Shown here: positions 60,460 through 64,000 of the stretch, piece after piece
Layout of the letters: each line of letters begins with the position of its first letter
How positions within the stretch are numbered: the stretch's first letter is position 1
Program-made: the position numbers and the translations under genes
NCBI RefSeq assembly: GCF_006345805.1
Contig: NC_043024.1
Span: forward strand, 16,554,001 to 16,618,000
Length of the DNA: 64,000 nt
Direction of reading: 5' to 3'
Origin: Octopus sinensis
Taxonomy: Eukaryota
The notes under the pieces: generated by a model
Database searches by the model: none
The model's input: only the letters and a program-made list of their open reading frames with translations
What the model was told of the DNA's origin: nothing

Positions 60460-61025
60460 TTGGGTTGTCCGGAAAGTTCGTGCTGATTTATAGTAGCTTA
60501 CCTTTCGACTTATTTTAGAACATGGTTGAGTCCATAAAATAGGATTTGACTACATCTCCATTTAGAGCACAGTTTAAGCTATCTTTTCGTGGAAGAAGGT
60601 TTATGCTCCTATAACCTGTGTTAATTTTGTAACCCTTTAAAATGGAAGATAAGAAAGTTCGTTTTTGGCACTTGATGCTTTGGGAAGCAGACAAAAATTG
60701 CTGCAGCTTGGCTGGGATGTGTTACCCTACCCTCCATATTCACCAGATATTGCTCCTTCGGATTTCCACTTATTCAGCTTTCTGCAGAATAGTCTTAATG
60801 GTAAAAATTTCAATTCCTTGGATGACGTAAAAAGATACCTTGATGAATTCTTTACCATGAAACCACCTCAATTCTGGGAAGAGGGTATTTTCAAGTTAAA
60901 GGGAAGATGGGGACGCATTGTGCCACAAAATGGTTCATATTTGGTTGATTAAAAATGTAATGGCAAGTATTTATTGACCTTTTCCTTTCCTTTAAAAATC
61001 AGCATGAACTTTCCGGACAACCCAA
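60460..61025 (+). mobile_element. internally deleted mariner element
   Basis: TA TSDs; 30-bp TIR TTGGGTTGTCCGGAAAGTTCRTGCTGATTT with one mismatch; LGWDVLPYPPYSPDIAPSDFHLF motif; N-terminus MEDKKVRF joined directly to the C-terminal region. Confidence 0.95.
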
Positions 61026-62106
61026 TATCTACCTCAAACAAGGCCTAGTGCTGCCATCTCTAGCCAGTGGTTATCCTGTGCCAATGAGGAGAAATAACCC
61101 AGAAACCATTGGTCTGCAGGTACCATCTAAGGCTGAGTGGCAACATTAGTTCCCTTATTTGAGGCATAAGGATGCAGTTGTGCGTCGATAGCCTACTGGA
61201 AAAGATGTTTTCCTGAGACTAAAAAAAGGTTGTAACACCGTCCTATTCAGGACTGCCACTTTACATTGGCAAATAGATTTAACTCTGCAGTACTGTTACT
61301 ACTTATTTTTTGCTTAACCAGGTATCATTTTGCAGTCATGAGATTTCAATGATGTGACTGTTTATTTTTAGAGTGATGCTGTCGGATAGATCTGGTTGGT
61401 TTGAACATAAAACAAAGTAGAATATTTCAACCAGATATGACTGGTACAAATGATATGGGATTAAAACATGTTACTGCTGGGAGATTATATGCTTTTTTTC
61501 CAAAATCCATGGCGTGTCACCTGAAAACCTGTAGAAGGTCACTACCGACACATGTCATAGCATCACCTTTACTCACATAAAGGCTTCTTCATTTCCACAA
61601 GTTAAAGTTGAACTAATTACTCTAAGCTAATTAAACATGCATTAATTAAATGTGAAACAGCAACAAATTTAGAGAACTGTTAAAATGTAATTGTTAAAAC
61701 TTTGCAGTAATTAGTTACAAGCCTTTATGTGCTGGACTCAAAACCTGTCAATTCATGGGCTTAGTAAAATAAAATAGCCGTCAAATAATTCACTCTTTGG
61801 GTCCCTCAGTTCCTGATGGAATCAAAGGGGTGTCTTCATGACAAGTGGCATACCTTGGGTATTTTAAACCTGACAGAGTACATCACTCTTTAGATCTGGT
61901 CAAGGCCAGCTTTTTCCAAAGATAGACGGAGAGAGGGAGAAGAATTAACCACAGTATTAAACTGGTATTTTATTGATAAAAGGCAACATGGGCCTTAGCA
62001 GGATTTGAACTCAGAACAGAGAGAGCTTGAACATATGTTGCACTGCATTTTATTTGACTGATAGTCAAAGATACCTGCATTGATTTAGTATTCTGGTAGT
62101 GTATCA

Positions 62107-62322
62107 AAGCGGCAAGCTAGCAGAAACTTTAGCACCCCGAGTGAAATGCTTAGTAGTATTTGGTTTGTCTTTACATTCTGAGTTCAAATTCCACTGAGGT
62201 CGACTTTGCCTTTCATCCTTTTGGGGTCAATAAATTAAGTACCAGTTGCATACTGGGGTTGATCTAACTGACTGCCCCACCTCCCCAAAAATTTTACGCC
62301 TTGTGCTTAGAGTAGAAAAGGC
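62107..62322 (+). mobile_element. SINE family B (tail type 2)
   Basis: Head, core and tail CCTCCCCAAAAATTTTACGCCTTGTGCTTAGAGTAGAAAAG. Confidence 0.88.
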
Positions 62323-62349
62323 TCTGGTTGTGTATCCTAGATTTTGAAT

Positions 62350-62566
62350 ATTCTTTTATTTGTTTCAGTCATTTGACAGAAGCCATGCTGGAGCACCACC
62401 TTTAGTCAAACAAATCAACCCCAGGACTTATTCTTTGTAAGCCTAGTTGCTTATTCTATTGATCTCGTTCGCTAAATTACAGGGACGTAAACACACCAAC
62501 ATCTGTTGTCAAGCGATGTTGGTGGGACAAACAAACATATACATATACATATATATATGCATGTAT

Positions 62567-62613
<47 letters not shown>

Positions 62614-62768
62614 TATACTACATACGACAGGTTTCCTTCAGTTTCCGTCTACCAAATCCACTCAGGTTATAATAGAAGACACTTGCCCAAGGTGCCACGC
62701 AGTGGGACTGAACCCTGGAACCATGAAGTAGGGAAGCAAGCTTCTTACCACACAGCCATTCCTGTGCC
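62350..62768 (-). mobile_element. SINE family A
   Basis: Reverse copy with internal microsatellite. Confidence 0.88.
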
Positions 62769-63077
62769 TAAAATAGAATAGAATAATAATTTTACTAATT
62801 AGTTCTAATTTTGCCTCAAGGCCAGCAATTTCAGCAGGAGGGGTTTAGTTCATTATTTCGACTCCAGTGTTTAACTGGTACTTATATTATCAACCCTGGA
62901 AGGATGAAAGGTAAAGCCAACGTGAAGGTGGGGACTGAACTCATAGCATAAAGAATTGAAAGAAATGCTGTTGAGCATATTGTCTGGTGCTTTAACCACT
63001 CTGACAACTCACTGTACTACTACTACTACTACTACTACTATTACCACCACCACTACTACTACTGATGATGATGATAA

Positions 63078-63590
63078 AAGTGGTATGAACATAAACCCGA
63101 AGGCATCATCGAAAATGATAATGCAAAGCTCCAATGGGATTTTATGATTCAGTATGAACATGAGATAGAGAATATGAAACTAGATATAGTGTTAATTGAG
63201 AAAGAAAGCAAACTATGCTGGATCATAAATGTAGCATGCCTAGCTGACAACAAGGTATGTGATAAGGAAGAAAGGAAAGTTGATAGATAAAACAGGTTGG
63301 CTTGGAAGGTTAAGCAGCTGAAGTCACTGAAAAAGGTGGTAGTAGTACCAATAATTGTCGGAGCCCTGGGAACGGTGAGTAAAAACCTTGAGAAGTACAT
63401 GGAACAAATAGGGGCTGCAATAAGGGTGGAGCACTTGCGGAAAACAGCACTGCTTGGAATCACTCGAATACTCCGGATGGTGCTAAAAAAATAAGGGGTG
63501 TTACCTTAGTTTACTGGTAGTGAACAGCTGACACTGGTACATCTCCAGCATTAGAAGCTGTGCAAACACAATAAAATAATAATAATAATA
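63078..63590 (+). mobile_element. Dong/R4-like non-LTR retrotransposon 3' fragment (restriction-like endonuclease region)
   Basis: KWYEHKPEGIIENDNAKLQWDFMIQ...KLDIVLIEK...KEERK...VVVVPIIVGALG...LRKTALLG..RILR.VL; one internal stop; (TAA)n at the 3' end. Confidence 0.85.
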
Positions 63591-63703
63591 GCCATATCAC
63601 GTTGAAAGCACCGGTTCTCATCCGATCACCAAAGTTAAGCAACGTCGAGCCTAGTTTGCACTTAGATGGGTGACCGCTTGGGAAACCTAGGTGCTTTAAG
63701 CAT
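63591..63703 (+). pseudogene. 5S rRNA pseudogene/retrocopy
   Basis: GCCATATCACGTTGAAAGCACCGGTTCTCATCCGATCACCAAAGTTAAGCAACGTCGAGCC...GATGGGTGACCGCTTGGGAA...GGTGCT follows the metazoan 5S pattern; first ~7 nt absent, several substitutions, no oligo-T terminator. Confidence 0.9.
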
Positions 63704-64000
63704 CACACATAATGCCCTGATTCAGTACCAGGCAGTGGCTCTCGTGGCTTCTGATCTTAACTGATTGGAAGTGTTATCATGTACGTTGTTTTGTCTTGGT
63801 ATAAAAGATGGGCTACAGCAAATATTCTGTTCAATATCACAGATTTGCTTGTCAGTTGTTTGACCATAACCAGTTGAGCATGTCCCTTAGTGGCTGACGA
63901 TATGTGCATCTCTGATCACGAGCAGAAGTAGTGGGGAGCATCATAGCCATGTGTTGAGAGGGATTTTTGGGGGTTTGGATAATTCACCTCTGGAAACATG

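Larger units (their letters stand above)
60018..61460. mobile_element. MITE P1 carrying nested insertions
   Basis: TTAA at 60014-60017 and 61461-61464; P1 sequence at 60018-60091 and about 61325-61460. Confidence 0.7.

Overview
This is a repeat-saturated, AT-rich eukaryotic window with a 100-N gap at 23628-23727. The SINE/LINE repertoire looks like an octopus (coleoid cephalopod) genome, which is an inference. No intact host gene can be supported; there is one plausible 90-bp exon at 38623-38712. The window holds at least five tRNA-headed SINE families, RTE, Tx1/L1-like and Dong/R4-like LINE fragments, a decayed full-span hAT element with nested SINEs and a piggyBac, mariner/maT derivatives, several MITEs, Helitron and HINE remnants, tRNA-Glu and 5S rRNA pseudogenes, many microsatellites, and an 8.46-kb satellite with a 106-bp higher-order unit. 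Main observations: (1) the satellite appears to have grown out of the internal repeat of an RTE 3' UTR and has three levels of periodicity; (2) one SINE family ends in the same 42-nt sequence as a Tx1-like LINE that sits in a (TCTA)n tract, swaps tails between copies, and twice shows a 14-bp TSD with the same GGTATG junction; (3) the RTE reverse transcriptase carries an embedded C4HC3 PHD-type finger; (4) there is a Penelope-type hammerhead ribozyme motif. Almost all ORFs in the supplied track are artefacts of repeats.
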